This document shows positions 27,250-40,439 of a stretch of 64,000 nucleotides of DNA, piece after piece. Position numbers and translations under genes: made by a program. The stretch spans positions 4,092,001 to 4,156,000 of the forward strand of contig OX597820.1 of the NCBI GenBank assembly GCA_951406725.2, read 5' to 3'. The DNA is from Octopus vulgaris. Taxonomy: Eukaryota. The notes beneath the pieces were generated by a model, which worked only from the letters and a program-made list of their open reading frames with translations, did no database searches and was not told the origin of the DNA. Each line of letters opens with the position of its first letter. Within the stretch, counting starts at the first letter, position 1.

Positions 27250-27453
27250 AGCGACATGTTATGGTGACATTTGACCATTTTGAATTCAACTGACACACAG
27301 AATTCTGAGATCCACTTAAATAAACATTATATTCACTACAGCTGTAGGTCACCATAGTGTTAAACGTGCCGGGTACATCTGATGGTTGCACGTTTACTCC
27401 GTCAATGGACAACGTTATGTTGAGCAATGCAGGAGGATGGGCACAGTTGACAT
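27250..27453 (-). CDS. Exon 5: Sushi/CCP domain 3
   Basis: VNCAHPP...VTYSCSEY...SVCQLNSKWSNVTITCR. CAG acceptor and donor T|GTAAGT. 204 nt, phase 1-1. Confidence 0.88.
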
Positions 27454-28108
27454 CTGATTTTAAGGGAAAAAATGTCTCTATTAATTTTACCATTTATCTT
27501 TTATAATTTGTTTACTTTAGTCATTAGACTGCGGCCATGCTGGGGCATCATCTTGAAGAACTTTTAGTCAATCAAATTGACCTCAGGACTTATTTCCACC
27601 TTTTTTAAAACCTGGTTTTTATTTTATTTGTCTCTTTTGCCAAAAGGCTAAATTATTGGGGGGGTGTGGTGGCATAAATGCATCAAGACTAGTTGCCAAG
27701 CAGTGGTGGGGAACATAGACAGGAACACACATGCACACATCAGTGGTGAAGGGTCCAGAATGCAGGCCAATCGCCAAGGCAGAGAGAAGGGCAATGCAGC
27801 TTTACTCTCCTACACACCAAAAATTATTTGTTCCCCCTCAATGTGCTCTTCTAGAAACAGGCCACGTGGCAGGCTAGATACCCCTTTCCACTGGATTTGA
27901 TGTTCCTTCATTAACAATACCCTGGTGACCGGCCTGCCATGATGACCATTATTGGTTACAAGAGAAATCTGAGAAAACAACGGAACCTACAAATAATGAG
28001 CTGTTTAGAATTTATTTGGGAATCAGTTCAATTCTTTGTTTCTTTTTGGCAAATCCATCAAACACTTTACTATAAAATATATCTGCACCATGCTCTACAT
28101 TCATCTTC

Positions 28109-28584
28109 TTAACCCTTTCGTTACCAACCCGGCTGAAACCGGTTCTGGCTCTGTAGTACAAATGTCTTGTTTTCATAAGTTTTTAATTAAAATCTTCCAC
28201 CAAACCTTTAGTCACAATTTATGTTCCTAACACTAGCTTAATGATAACTAAGTTAATTTACTAAATTCTTTGTTATATTTAAAAGTAATTGAAAGCAACA
28301 CAGAGCATCTCAAAATAAATACAATAATGAAAAGGTTAAAATATATAATAGAGAAACAATTCTTAACCCTTTGATACCAACCTGGCTCAAACTGCTCTGC
28401 AGTACAAATGTCTTGTTTTCATAAGTTTTGAATTAAAATCTTCCACCAAACTTTAGTCACAATTTATGTTCCTAACATTAGCTTAATGATAACTAAGTTA
28501 TTTTACTAAATTCTTTGTTATATTTAAATTTAATTGAAAGAAACACAGAGCATCTCAACAGAAATATAGTAATGAAAGGGTTAA
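28109..28584. mobile_element. Two tandem piggyBac-type MITEs (28109-28339, 28363-28584)
   Basis: TTAA-CCCTTT...AAAGGG-TTAA ends, ~225 bp each, mutually similar. Confidence 0.75.
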
Positions 28585-29990
28585 TAAGGTCTTTATTGAT
28601 GGAAATGAAGATTGAATTACTCAATCTTTCTTCTCTTTGTACCAAATTAAGTGAATGTGCATAGCAATATAGGAATATGGTATTCACATGAAAAACCTTC
28701 TTTACTTTTGCTTGCACTCTCTTCAAATGCCACCATGCTCGCTTCATCATAAGTTTGTGTGACAAACTTTTGGCCACAACTGAATTCCTTAATAGATTTT
28801 CAAACTTCTGTTAGCAATGCAGTTTTTACATCTTTACTGGCATCGACATATCCCAAAAACCTTTCTTGAGGCCATTTCTTTCTCATCAACAAATTTCAAG
28901 ACATGTGACAATTGAGATTTCTTTGCCTCATCAAAAATAACAGCAACAAATGCTGTTTTTTCGATCGTCACCTTAATATCACCTTCACTCGTAGCTGATA
29001 TTCAAAAGCGACTGATACCATTTTGAATATCACTTGAAAGTTCAGAAAATGGGTTGTTAGCATTTTTCTTCAGAAAATCTAAAAGTGATCTTCCACTACA
29101 GCTACACATAGAAACAGAAAATTACTTTTATTCTTTGATTCTTCAGTTTCATCATGTCCTCCAAATTGTAATTCTTCACAGCTCAAAATTTCAATACATG
29201 AATTAACCACTTCAATGTATCAATATTTTTCTCAACTCTTATGGAACTGAATTGAAGCTACTTTTCAGTGATCAATCGTTGTATCAGTTTGTTGTCACCT
29301 TCAGGTTTTCAGAGCAATTATGGAATTTAGATGGTTCTAAGATTTTATTGCTTTGTCAAAACTATAATCATCATCATCATCGTTTAGCGTCCGCTTTCCA
29401 TGCTAGCATGGGTTGGACAGTTCAACTGCAGTCTGGGAAGCCATTAGGCTGCACCAGGCCCAGTTTGATCTGGCAGAGTTTCTACGGCTGGATGCCCTTC
29501 CTAATGCCAACCACTCCATGAGTGTAGTGAGTGCTTTTTACGTGCCACCAGCACAGGTGCCAGATGGGGCTGGCAAACGGCCACGATCGGATGGTGCTTT
29601 TTATGTGCCACCGGCACGGGGGCCAGGCGAGGCTGGCAACGGCCACGAACGGATGGTGCTTTTTACGTGCCATCAAATTATGCAAATCCCAGTAGCCAGG
29701 AGTCGACCACGTATTCTTATGCTGACAAAATAACAGACATGGGAAGCAGCAAAAATTTCTTCAGAATGGTACATCCTGTCATTCACCCATACGGTTCATA
29801 ATACGTGGAGTCAAAATAAGGATGACATTCCTCACTGACCATTTTTTGTTTTGATTTGCATTTTGGTCTTTGGTTTCTCTTTCCTTCTTATCTACAAAGC
29901 TTCTTGTTGCAAAGCTCAAGAAAGTAGAGATGAAACTGAGCAAATGGATTCTTTTGCCATCCTGGAGGGGAATGAAAGCAGGAAAAATGT
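28585..29990 (-). mobile_element. Decayed hAT-superfamily transposase (ZMYM1-like/TTF finger type), interrupted by an RTE tail
   Basis: Fragments FCCFPCLLF-like, GHDE, AVIFDE, QERFLGYVD, CYAHSLNLV. Confidence 0.65.
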
Positions 29991-30971
29991 TACTGGCTTT
30001 TAATTTTTTTAAATGAATCAATGCTTTATTCTAACCAAAAATTTAGGGGCTCCCTTTTAATTGTTTCAGTCGGCACGTAAGAGAACCATCCAAACATGGC
30101 CGTTGCCAGCGCCGCCCCGGCTGGCCTTGTGCCGGTGGCATGTAAAAAGCACCATCCATTCGTGGTCGTTGCCAGCCTCGCCTGGCCCCCGTGCCGGTGG
30201 CACGTAAAAAGCACCCACTACACTCACGGAGTGGTTGGCGTTAGGAAGGGCATCCAGCCGTAGAAACATTGCCAGATCAGATTGGAGCCTAGTGCAGCCT
30301 TCTGGCTTCCCAGACCCCAGTTGAACCATCCAACCCATGCTAGCATGGAAAGCGGACGCTAAACGATGATGATGATGATGATGATGATTAGACTGCTGCC
30401 AAGCTGGAGCACCTCCTTGAAGGATTTTAGTCGAATGAACCTTTTTTCCAAGTTTTGGTCCTTATTCAACTGCTAAGTTACGGGAATATAAACACACCAC
30501 CATCGGTTGTTAAGTGATGTGGGGGGGGGGGGCAAACACTAGCACACACACAGACATATATTTACAATGGGCTTCTTTCAGTTTCCATCTCCCAAATCCA
30601 CTGACAAGGCTTTGGTCAGCTTGAAGCTGTAGTAGAAGATATTTGCCCAAGGTGCCACACAGTGAGACTGAACCCATGACCAAATACTTGGGAAGCAAGC
30701 TTCTTACCTCACAGTCATGCTTGATTACTTTTTTAATGTAAACTTTCTTTTAAATAATTTTGAATATTTAAAATCAAATTTTAAAGCATTGACAAATGGA
30801 TGAAAACTTTACTTTTTGAATTACAAAAGAAAATAAACTTTGCCAATTGCTTCTTTTTGGTCAATAAGGAATCCCTGGAGTTACATGAAAGTAACTTTTG
30901 CAGGTCATGCTCCAGCATGGCCGAATTTCAATGATTGAAACCTGTGAAAAAAAGAATATAGCTGTACTTAC

Positions 30972-31175
30972 AAAGACACTGGATAGTGACAGGTGTCCAG
31001 GTAGAATCTGCCTCACATGTGGATGTTACAGAGCCATTTATTTTGACATAATCTTCAAGACAGTGATATGTCACCTCACTTAGGTAAGAGTGAGGGACAT
31101 CACTCGCATTGACGGTCGCTCCATCAACAGACATACTAGTATTTGGTATAATAGCAGGAGTTCCACATTCGATTG
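30972..31175 (-). CDS. Exon 4: Sushi/CCP domain 2
   Basis: IECGTPAIIPN...VTYHCLEDY...STCEADSTWTPVTIQCL. AG acceptor at 31177-31176 and donor T|GTAAGT. 204 nt, phase 1-1. Confidence 0.88.
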
Positions 31176-32968
31176 CTAATTTAAGAAGACAATGACAATT
31201 TCAGGTACAAAAATCAATCAGGATTTCATTTCATTATTGGGAACCAGTAAAAGGGTAGAAAAGAATACATACAAAATATGAAATGGTATGTCCCTGAATG
31301 AAATACTTATCTAGAAATGAGCTGCACCATATCTAGAGAAAAATTAACTTTTTTTTAATGAGATTATTACTATGGAATCTAAAGGTTATCAACAGATCAT
31401 GCAGCTTACGAGGATTAGAGAAAGATGAGCATTTTTGCAAAGATATACTGGGTTAAATGCATTGCAGTAAATGGAGGATAGTATCTATTTCTTTATTGCC
31501 CACAAGGGGCTAAACACAGACGGGACAAACAAGGACAGACAAACGGATTAAGTCGATTACATCGACCCCAGTGCATAACTGGTACTTATTTAATTGACCC
31601 CGAAAGGATGAAAGGCAAAGTCGACCTCGGTGGAATTTGAACTCAGAATGTAACGGCAGACGAAATACTGCTAAGCATTTCGCCCGGCGTGCTAACGTCT
31701 CTGCCAGCTCGCTGCCTTAGTGGAGGATAAGTATCAGCTGGTAGAAGCAGTTCTGTTGGTTAACCAACATCTTAAGAGTGGAACTTAGCAGACAGAAGTA
31801 GCATAACACTATATAAGCAAAAATATTTTAAACACATTGAAATGTAACATACTTGATGCAAAATCATTAGAAATGTGTCGACGTTGATCTGTTTGATTGC
31901 CATGAGCAGAACACATGACACACTCATGTAATCACACGAAAAACAGGATATAAACATGTTTTCAGTTTCATTTGGGTAAATACACAAAACGAAAAAGGAG
32001 GGCATTGTTAATGCAGCATTAGTACAGCTGAAAACATACATATTTAATCCAGTGTCTCAACAGAACTGAAGGATGTTGTCATACACCAGGGATCAAAATG
32101 TGCCTTCAGTTCTTTTTTTTTTCTTTTAATTGCTTCATTCTTTTTCATTTTGCCCCAAATTGTTAAATCAAATCATCTTCTTGTTGTTGTGGAGGCCTTC
32201 CAGATGACCTTTTCGATCTCTTGAATCAAAAATTGCACAGACCCACCGGTTGTTTGTAAACCTTGCAACCTGTCTGGCCCAGTGGTTGAACTTGCGCTTT
32301 CAGTATTCTGCGATTATGTTCGTCACACCACTGCTTTCTCGATTTACCTCATTTTAGATATACTCTCAAAATAATACTCCAAACATGGATCTTTCCACGG
32401 TCCTTTGTGTTGTAGCAGCTAATCGATGTTCTTCCTATTTCGTAGTATCCTACAACTCACTTGTGTAAATCTGCGCTGCTAGAAGAGGGCAAATAAAGAG
32501 ACTGACACAAAAGGTCTTGTCCAGTTTTGCTTTGAGCGCATCCATTACTGAGCTAAACAGTTTTCTTCATCTTTGGGGTTTTAGATTTGATATGTGCTAA
32601 AATCTTGACATTATTATGTACAACTGTCGATACAGTTGTGCGACTCATCCCAAGAGATCGTGCAATTGCTACCAGTTTTTCACCTTTTTTCATGGCGTTT
32701 TATCATAGACGGTTTATCTTCCAGTGTTATGGCATGACGCTTAGCACTTTCACTAGGAATTTTCTTAGGAGCCATGGGGGCAAAAAATATAGTCATAAAT
32801 GAATGAGTATCGTTTCTTTATTGCCCACAAGGGGCCACGAAGAGGGGACATTACAAAGACATGTGATGACATTTAGCAGACAGAGAAAAAGAAAAACGAA
32901 AGAAGAAACAAAAAAAAAAACCTATGTTATAACAAGTGAGAAATGGAATGAAGTTCTCTCAGTCCCAA

Positions 32969-33371
32969 CTCTCTTTTACTCTTTTACTTGTTTCAGTCAT
33001 TTGACTGCGGCCATGCTGGAGCACCGCCTTTAGTCGAGCAAATTGGCCCTGGGACTTATTCTTTGTAAGCCCAGTACTTATTCTATCGGTCTCTTTTGCC
33101 GAACCGCTAAGTTACGGGGATGTAAACACACCAGCATCGGTTGTCAAGCAATGCTAGGGGGACAAACACAGACACACAAACACACACACATATACACATA
33201 TATACATATATACGACAGGCTTCTTTCAGTTTCCTTCTATCAAATCCACTCACAAGGCATTGGTCGGCCCAGGGCTATAGCAGAAGACACTTGCCCAAGG
33301 TGCCACGCAGTGGGACTGAACCTGGAACCATGTGGTTGGTTAGCAAGCTACTTACCACACAGCCACTCCTG
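32969..33371 (-). mobile_element. SINE family A, near full length
   Basis: Reverse complement of the 12551 and 33758 copies. Confidence 0.85.
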
Positions 33372-33757
33372 AGTAACTTCATTTATACCTTTTTTCACTT
33401 TTTATATTTAGTTTCTGCCAATACATCGAACTTGTACTCCTTCGATAGATGTACGTAAATCAAATGCCAGGGTAAATTTTCGATGTCCAGTTCAATTTGC
33501 CACATTTCAAATCCGCCTTTAAACTTTTTGATTTTTCCTTTCTTTGCTCCTCATTTAATAACAAGCAGCAAAATGCCCCCCTTTTACATAATCGAATTTG
33601 TTCGTCCCTGCTGATCTTTCCACTTCCTAATCTTCTCGTCTGTATTGTAGCATAGTTGTTCCTTTTCTTTTTTTTTCAGGAGGTGGGCAAGTCGAGAGGA
33701 TTCTGTCCGTATTTCACAAATGAATGAAAATGAGAAAGTAGCCGATGAACAGATATA

Positions 33758-34168
33758 GGCGCAGGAGTGGCTGTATGGTAAGTAGCTTGCTAACCAACCA
33801 CATGGTTCCGGGTTCAGTCCCACTGCGTGGCATCTTGGGCAAGTGTCTTCTGCTATAGCCCCGGGCTGACCAATGCCTTGTGAGTGGATTTGGTAGATGG
33901 AAACTGAAAGAAGCCCATCGTATATATGTATATATATATATATGTGTGCGTGTATGTTTGTGTGTCTGTGTTTGTCACCCTAGCATTGCTTGACAACCGA
34001 TGCTGGCGTGTTTATGTCCCCGTCACTTAGCGGTTCGGCAAAAGAGACCGATAGAATAAGTACTGGGCTTACAAAAGAATAAGTCCTTGGGTCTAGTTGC
34101 TCGACTAAAGGCGGTGCTCCAGCATGGCCGCAGTCAAATGACTGAAACAAGTAAAAGAGTAAAAGAGT
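33758..34168 (+). mobile_element. SINE family A, full length
   Basis: GGCGCAGGAGTGGCTG...AAACAAGTAAAAGAGTAAAAGAG. Confidence 0.85.
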
Positions 34169-34189
34169 ATATAAACAAATCTGGATCCA

Positions 34190-34794
34190 AAACACTCGAG
34201 GGACAACGGTAGCTTTGCCTGTTCGCGAGAAGTTATCTAAGCACGGTTTGGCAATGGCCCCGACATGTCCAAGATGCGGGCAGGACAGTGAAACCGTCCA
34301 TCACATTTTTGGACATTGTCGGCAGCTTTCCAGCTTGATAATTTACGTAGAACACGTGTTGGCGCATCTGGGACGAGTACAGATGTCGGTTGGATCTATG
34401 TTAAAGATGATACCGCCAACTGGATTAGCGAAGGAAGGTGAGGCTTGTCTTTTCCGTACGGTAGCAGTGTCGAAAGAGTGTATATGGAGGACGAGAATGG
34501 AAGGTTTTGTGACAGGGTCCTATATATCCGGCCCTGGGTTGCTGTTTTACTTCAGATACCATCTGAAGAGGAAGACAGGGCTGCAAAAGAGGACCCTGTC
34601 AGCTAGAGTATATGAACAAAGATGAAAGGAAATGGTGAAAAAAGTGGGTGTAAGTTACCCAAATTGATCATCGAAGAAATAAAAAAGTAATCTGCTGGGT
34701 CGAAAAATCAATTTGCTTGCGTCTTTAAAAAAAAAAAAGGTTAAGTTTTTAAGTCGTCATAAATTTTATTTATTTGTAAATTATTTATACTTAG

Positions 34795-34829
<35 letters not shown>

Positions 34830-34920
34830 CGCAAACATTTTTTATAACCACGAACTCATTCTATGTAATTGTCCTGTGCTGTCCCCATTTCTGGATTTGA
34901 TTTTTAGGGACCTTAATAAA
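34190..34920 (+). mobile_element. Tx1/L1-clade LINE 3' fragment
   Basis: LPVREKL...TCPRCGQDSETVHHIFGHC (zf-RVT-type CCHC), ...IWRTR. Confidence 0.75.
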
Positions 34921-35741
34921 GAATTAAACGATGCCTAAGCGGTAGATATTGGAACCACAGTGCAACACGTGCTCCAAAAGACAAAACAGCTGATTTCGTG
35001 ATGATGTCGTTCACTAAGCTACCCGACTTCAGGGTGTGAGTATTAATATTTACTGTACATATTTTAATATGGTTTTATTTTTATTTATTGTACAGTAGCA
35101 TGATTTTAGTAGGACCTATAAAATGCTGGAGTTCATTTGATTTACTTGAATGTGAACCATTCTGAAAGGTGCTTTCAGAATGTTTTCAAAACATTCCTTC
35201 CCACTTTTCCCGTATTCTTCTCTCCAAAGAAATTCATCCAGGTACGATTCCACCATGTTCGTGTGTACCCCTCATCATAGTCTTGCAACGTTCGCTTGTA
35301 GTACCATGATTTTAGGTGCTTTTAACGGTTTTCTAGTGATTTTACGAATATTTAACAGAAGATTTTATTGTCGCACATACAGACAAACCGCATTGGCCCT
35401 CTACAGATACTAACAGCAATAAGTCCATACTGGGGGAGAGATACTGCTTGGAACTTACAGGAAAAGGATTTTGATATGGCAATATACAGCTTGACTGGAA
35501 ACAATTCTGTTATATTCATGGTAATGGGGTCATCTGCCTTCCTGGGTCGTCTGGCTCGTAAAAATGCCGAGCAGTTTTTATAAGGGACCAGAAGTAAAAT
35601 TCTAAAATGTTTGAGAAAACCTGTCCATACCATTGCTTCATACTGGTCCATCAGTTAATAGGTAGGTTGCTTATGGTGTCTGACCATGTATCCAGGGATT
35701 CGGTTTCGAATCCGCACTACACTATCAAGGATCAGAAGACT

Positions 35742-36350
35742 ATCTGTCTATCGATCTATTTATCTATCTGTCTATCGATCTATCTATCTGTCCGTCCGTC
35801 CGTCCGTCCGTCTGTCTGTCTGTTTACCTATCTGTCTCTGTCTATCTATCTGTCTGTCTATCGATCTATTTATCTATCTGTCTATCGATCTATTTATCTA
35901 TCTGTCTATCGATCTATTTATCTGTCTGTCTATCGATCTATTTATCTATCTGTCTATCGATCTATCTACCTATCTGTCTATCGATCTATTTATCTGTCTG
36001 TCTATCGATCTATTTATCTATCTGTCTATCGATCTATCTACCTATCTGTCTATCGATCTATTTATCTGTCTGTCTATCGATCTATTTATCTATCTGTCTA
36101 TCGATCTATCTACCTATCTGTCTATCGATCTATTTATCTGTCTGTCTATCGATCTATTTATCTATCTGTCTATCGATCTATCTACCTATCTGTCTATCGA
36201 TCTATTTATCTGTCTGTCTATCGATCTATTTATCTATCTGTCTATCGATCTATCTACCTATCTGTCTATCGATCTATTTATCTGTCTGTCTATCGATCTA
36301 TTTATCTATCTGTCTATCGATCTATCTACCTATCTGTCTGTCTCTCTCTA
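35742..36350. repeat. Compound tetranucleotide minisatellite with 24-bp period (TCTGTCTATCGATCTATTTATCTA)
   Basis: Directly visible. Confidence 0.95.
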
Positions 36351-36604
36351 TCTCTACTAACACACACACACACACACACACACACATGTGCATGTATGCA
36401 TTCACACACACACACATGTTCATGTCTAACGGTTAGGATTTTCTGCTCATGTTCGTAAGTTTGTTTGTTCAGTTCCAGGATTAGGCGATGCATCGTGTTC
36501 TTGAGCAGGGCCCTTCATTTGTTGTTACTCCAGCCTACTGAGACACAAATGAGTGCCAACTGGATGTTGATACGTCTGTCTCTCTGTCTGCTAGTCGTTC
36601 TCTC

Positions 36605-36636
<32 letters not shown>

Positions 36637-36811
36637 TTTAACGTCTCTCCAGTTATCATATGATGGATATGTTACTGGATCGAGGATGAAGGAGCTGAGA
36701 AAGTGTCTATGTCTACTGGCGACTACATAGACAGATGATTCTCAACCACAGCTCCGAAGGGAGCACACGGCCCTCAAGTGTCCTTCCAGTGGCTCCCAAC
36801 AATCTTCTCTC

Positions 36812-36843
<32 letters not shown>

Positions 36844-37643
36844 GTTTAACGTCTGCTTTCCATGCTGGCATGGGTTGGACGAATGACTGAGGGCTGGTGA
36901 ACCAGATGGCTGCACCAGACTCCAATCTTGATCTGGCAGAGTTTCTACAGCTGGATGCCCTTCCTAACGCCAACCACTCCGAGAGTGTAGTGGGTGCTTT
37001 TACGTGCCACCGGCATGGGGGCCAGTCAGGCGGTACTGGCAACGACCTCGCTTGAATGTTTTTACCCGTGTCTCCGGCACAAGTGCCAGTAAGGTGACAC
37101 TGGTAACGATCACGCTCGAATGGTGCCTTTTACGTGCCACCGGCACGGAAGCCAGTTAGCCGCTCTGGCAACGATCACCCTCGGATGGTGCTCTTAGCAC
37201 CTTACTAGCACGGGGCACAAGTGCCAGTAAGGTGATGCTGGTAACGATCACACTCGAATGGTGCCTTTTACGTGCCACTGGCACAGAAGCCAGTTAGCCG
37301 CTCTGGCAACAATCACGCTTGTATGGTGCTCCTTGCGCCCCGCTAGCATGAATGCCAGTCATCAAATTTGATTTCGATTTCACTTCAAATTCGATGACTG
37401 GCATCCGTGCTATCTCTCTATAAATATAATAAATGTTTCTTTAATTGGTCTGCATTTTACTTTTTTGATGCCCCCCACCACTAAAGAAATCCAGATTTTG
37501 GATCTAGCTCATATAAAAGGGTTGAGAGCCACTGATAGAGATGCCTAAAGAAACTAGCTTTGTTATGCAACCAGAGTCACCCATGAGAGACTCTGCTTTA
37601 CACACCTGCACACACATGTAAATACATAAAACGCATGACTTAC

Positions 37644-37823
37644 GTTGGCATTCTGCATGCACAGCGGACCAGTTTCCACTTAAAAGACAAGTTGCAATTG
37701 TTATTCCCGCTGTAAATGTATAGCCTACTTTGCAGAAATAGTGAACTTCATTCAAGTATTTTGTGCTAGGAACATCATAATGGACCATATTGCTATATTG
37801 CAAAGGGTATCCACAGTCAATAT
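37644..37823 (-). CDS. Exon 3: Sushi/CCP domain 1
   Basis: DIDCGYP...VHYFCKVGY...ATCLLSGNWSAVHAECQ. Acceptor TTTCTTTATAG and donor C|GTAAGT. 180 nt, phase 1-1. Confidence 0.88.
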
Positions 37824-38386
37824 CTATAAAGAAAATAAATGATATTTGGAAGATTAGTTGCAGTTTACAAGCTGAGATTGTGATACAAGTTTGATTGATT
37901 CCCAGTGAAACAATTTTTACTTTAAGTTGTGCACCCCCCATTTTTTTTTTTTTTTTTTATGTTTACCTGTAGTTTAATCAAAATGAATAATTGTTAGGTT
38001 GGGGCATAATTATTGCAAAAAATTTAAACAAAAAGCCAAGCAGAAATTGAAGTAGATGGTGAATATGCTCCAGAATAATCAGTTAAAGATGTCTTTGTTA
38101 GATGTTGTTATTGTCTTTGTTGAATAAAATTTATTGAAAAAGAAGCCACAATAATTATGCACCAATCAAATAGTTTTAACCAAACTGTCATTTGCTGACA
38201 TCTTACCTCACAGTAATGCAAGTGCATTCTGGGTAGGTGAGCACTGTGGCTGGTCATTGGGGTGTGTCTATGCAGAATCTTTGACTGATTGCCAACTCAT
38301 GTTATGACAGATCAATCCGTGATAAACCTGACATAGAAAAATTACTATCTCTAAATCTCACAACGTGAGATATTCAGCAACAATAT

Positions 38387-38692
38387 TTTGGAGTAAAGAT
38401 TATTTGCCATCATAACATGGCAGCCCTGGTTTAGGACGAATGTTGCTGTAATTTAGCCCCAAGAGACATCGTCTCCAGCTGGCTATACGATACGATCTGT
38501 GTCCTTATATTTTCAAACAAGGGAATCTAGTACCCCACCTCAGCTCAAAACAATATCTTTCCTTGTTTGAAGATATTGCCAGATCGTGTCGTATAGCCAG
38601 CTGGAGATGACGTCTCCTGGGGCTGAATTACAGCAACATTAGTCCTAAACCAGGACTGCTATGTTACGTTGGCAAATAATCTCTACTACAAA
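38387..38692. mobile_element. Foldback/MITE-like element with ~135-bp inverted arms
   Basis: AGATTATTTGCCA...CAGCTGGCTATACGA...TTCAAACAAGG mirrored by CCTTGTTTGAA...TCGTATAGCCAGCTG...TGGCAAATAATCT. Confidence 0.75.
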
Positions 38693-39465
38693 CCTGACAT
38701 GGTTCATAATTGCATGTATTGTATTATACTGGATCAGTGATTAATGAATTAACATGGATTAAAAAACAAAAAAACACAACTGTTTTACACGATAAGATCC
38801 AATTAGAGCCAACAAAAAAGGGTCATAGATAAAAATGCTATCTTTTATTTTTTATTGTTTCAGTTATTGGACTGTAGCCATGCTGGGGCACCACATTGAT
38901 GGGTTTTAGGAGAAGAAATTGATCCCAAGACTTATGTTTTTCTTTTTCGTGTATGCCTGGTATTTACCAAAGCTCTCTTGCCAAATTGCTTGGTTATATA
39001 AACCAACAAACACCGGTTGTCAAGCAGTGATGGCTGTCAGAGTGTATGTCTGTATGACAAACACACACACACGTGTATATGTGTGTGTGTGAATATATAT
39101 ATGCATGTATATAGGCTTCCTCACAATTTCTGTCTACAAAATTCATACCTAAGGCATTGGTCAGCTCAGTGTTCTAGAAGACCTTTGCCCAAAGTCCTAC
39201 ACATTGGGAGTGAATCTGAAACAATATGGTTGGGAAGTCAGTTTCTAAATCTCACAGCCATGTCCGAGTTTGTAAACTTTGTTCAGACACGTGTCACAAG
39301 TAATTCAAAATACCAAATCTTCGATGGAGCAGCTTATACAAAGAGAAAGGTGAACGTTAATTCCTTCACACCGTTTCCTGCTTCTTTCAAAACCATCTCT
39401 GCTCTAATTGCTCAACAAACCATTTCTTGAGAAGGAATTGGAAACTAAGCTTTACCATTACTTAC

Positions 39466-39553
39466 CCAATGGGAAACAAAAAGTGGACCTGTTTTCGTTT
39501 ACACACACTTCATCTGCAGCACAAGGGCGATAAGCACAAGGTGAGTGTGTTGT
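39466..39553 (-). CDS. Exon 2: truncated EGF-like motif (TTHSPCAYRPCAADEVCVNENRSTFCFPL)
   Basis: Acceptor TTTCTCCATTTCTTCACAG and donor G|GTAAGT. 88 nt, phase 0 in and phase 1 out, matching both neighbours. Cx4Cx5Cx8C spacing. Not in the ORF track. Confidence 0.8.
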
Positions 39554-40439
39554 CTGTGAAGAAATGGAGAAAGTAGGAATTATAATAAAGTTTATTATAA
39601 GGTAAAAATTAAACATAAAGATTATGAGAATATTTGATAGGATGTGTAGCTCAGAGCTGAAGGAGACCCTCTAGATCAAGCCACCACTTCTCTGCATTGA
39701 CAGGCAGAGATTTTGTACAACAGACAAGTGTTTAGAATGTCACAGGAAAGAATCACAAGATGGATTCTCCAAGCCAAGCCAACCAGCAGAAGACCAAGGG
39801 GCAGACCAAGAACCAGATGGTTGGAGAATAACCATGGTCTCAGTTGGTCAAGGTTGGGAATCCAACCAGAAAATGTAATGATACCTGCTTCTAATAGGAC
39901 CCTATACATGAGGTGCTCAAGGACTCTACCTTCATGATACTCCAAGAAATAGTGGGTGAATGAATGGATGGATGGATTCTGAGAATTCATAATCAGAACA
40001 AGATAATAATGGAAAAAATAGTTGAATGCAAACAGAGTAATCACATTGAACATGGTAAATATACAACCATTTCTTTATTAAGATTTTCTCTTGCACTCTA
40101 CTTTGATAGATTAAGCCATCCTTGGAAGGTTCCAAGGTTACACCAGTTTTATTATGAGAAGTTGCTAACTCCTCACCCAACCTTTTTCTAGTTTGGAGAA
40201 AAGGATGCTATAAGTGGTTTCCCACAATCTTTCTCAATATGCAATGTAAGTAATTCCAATAGTGATAAAGTCTTCAAAACAGAAGAATCAACTTTGGTAC
40301 TTAAGTAGTTTTTATTTTATTGACACTAGATAAATGGAAAGTACAACCAAATACTCTGGGATTTGAACTCAGAACTCAGAGAACTGGAAAAAATCCAGCA
40401 AAGAAGTTTGATGCTCAGCAACTCTTCTAAATTTTTGCC

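Noticed and set aside
35607-36458. SVYRSIYL-repeat ORFs
   Set aside because: Compound TCTA/TCTG satellite.
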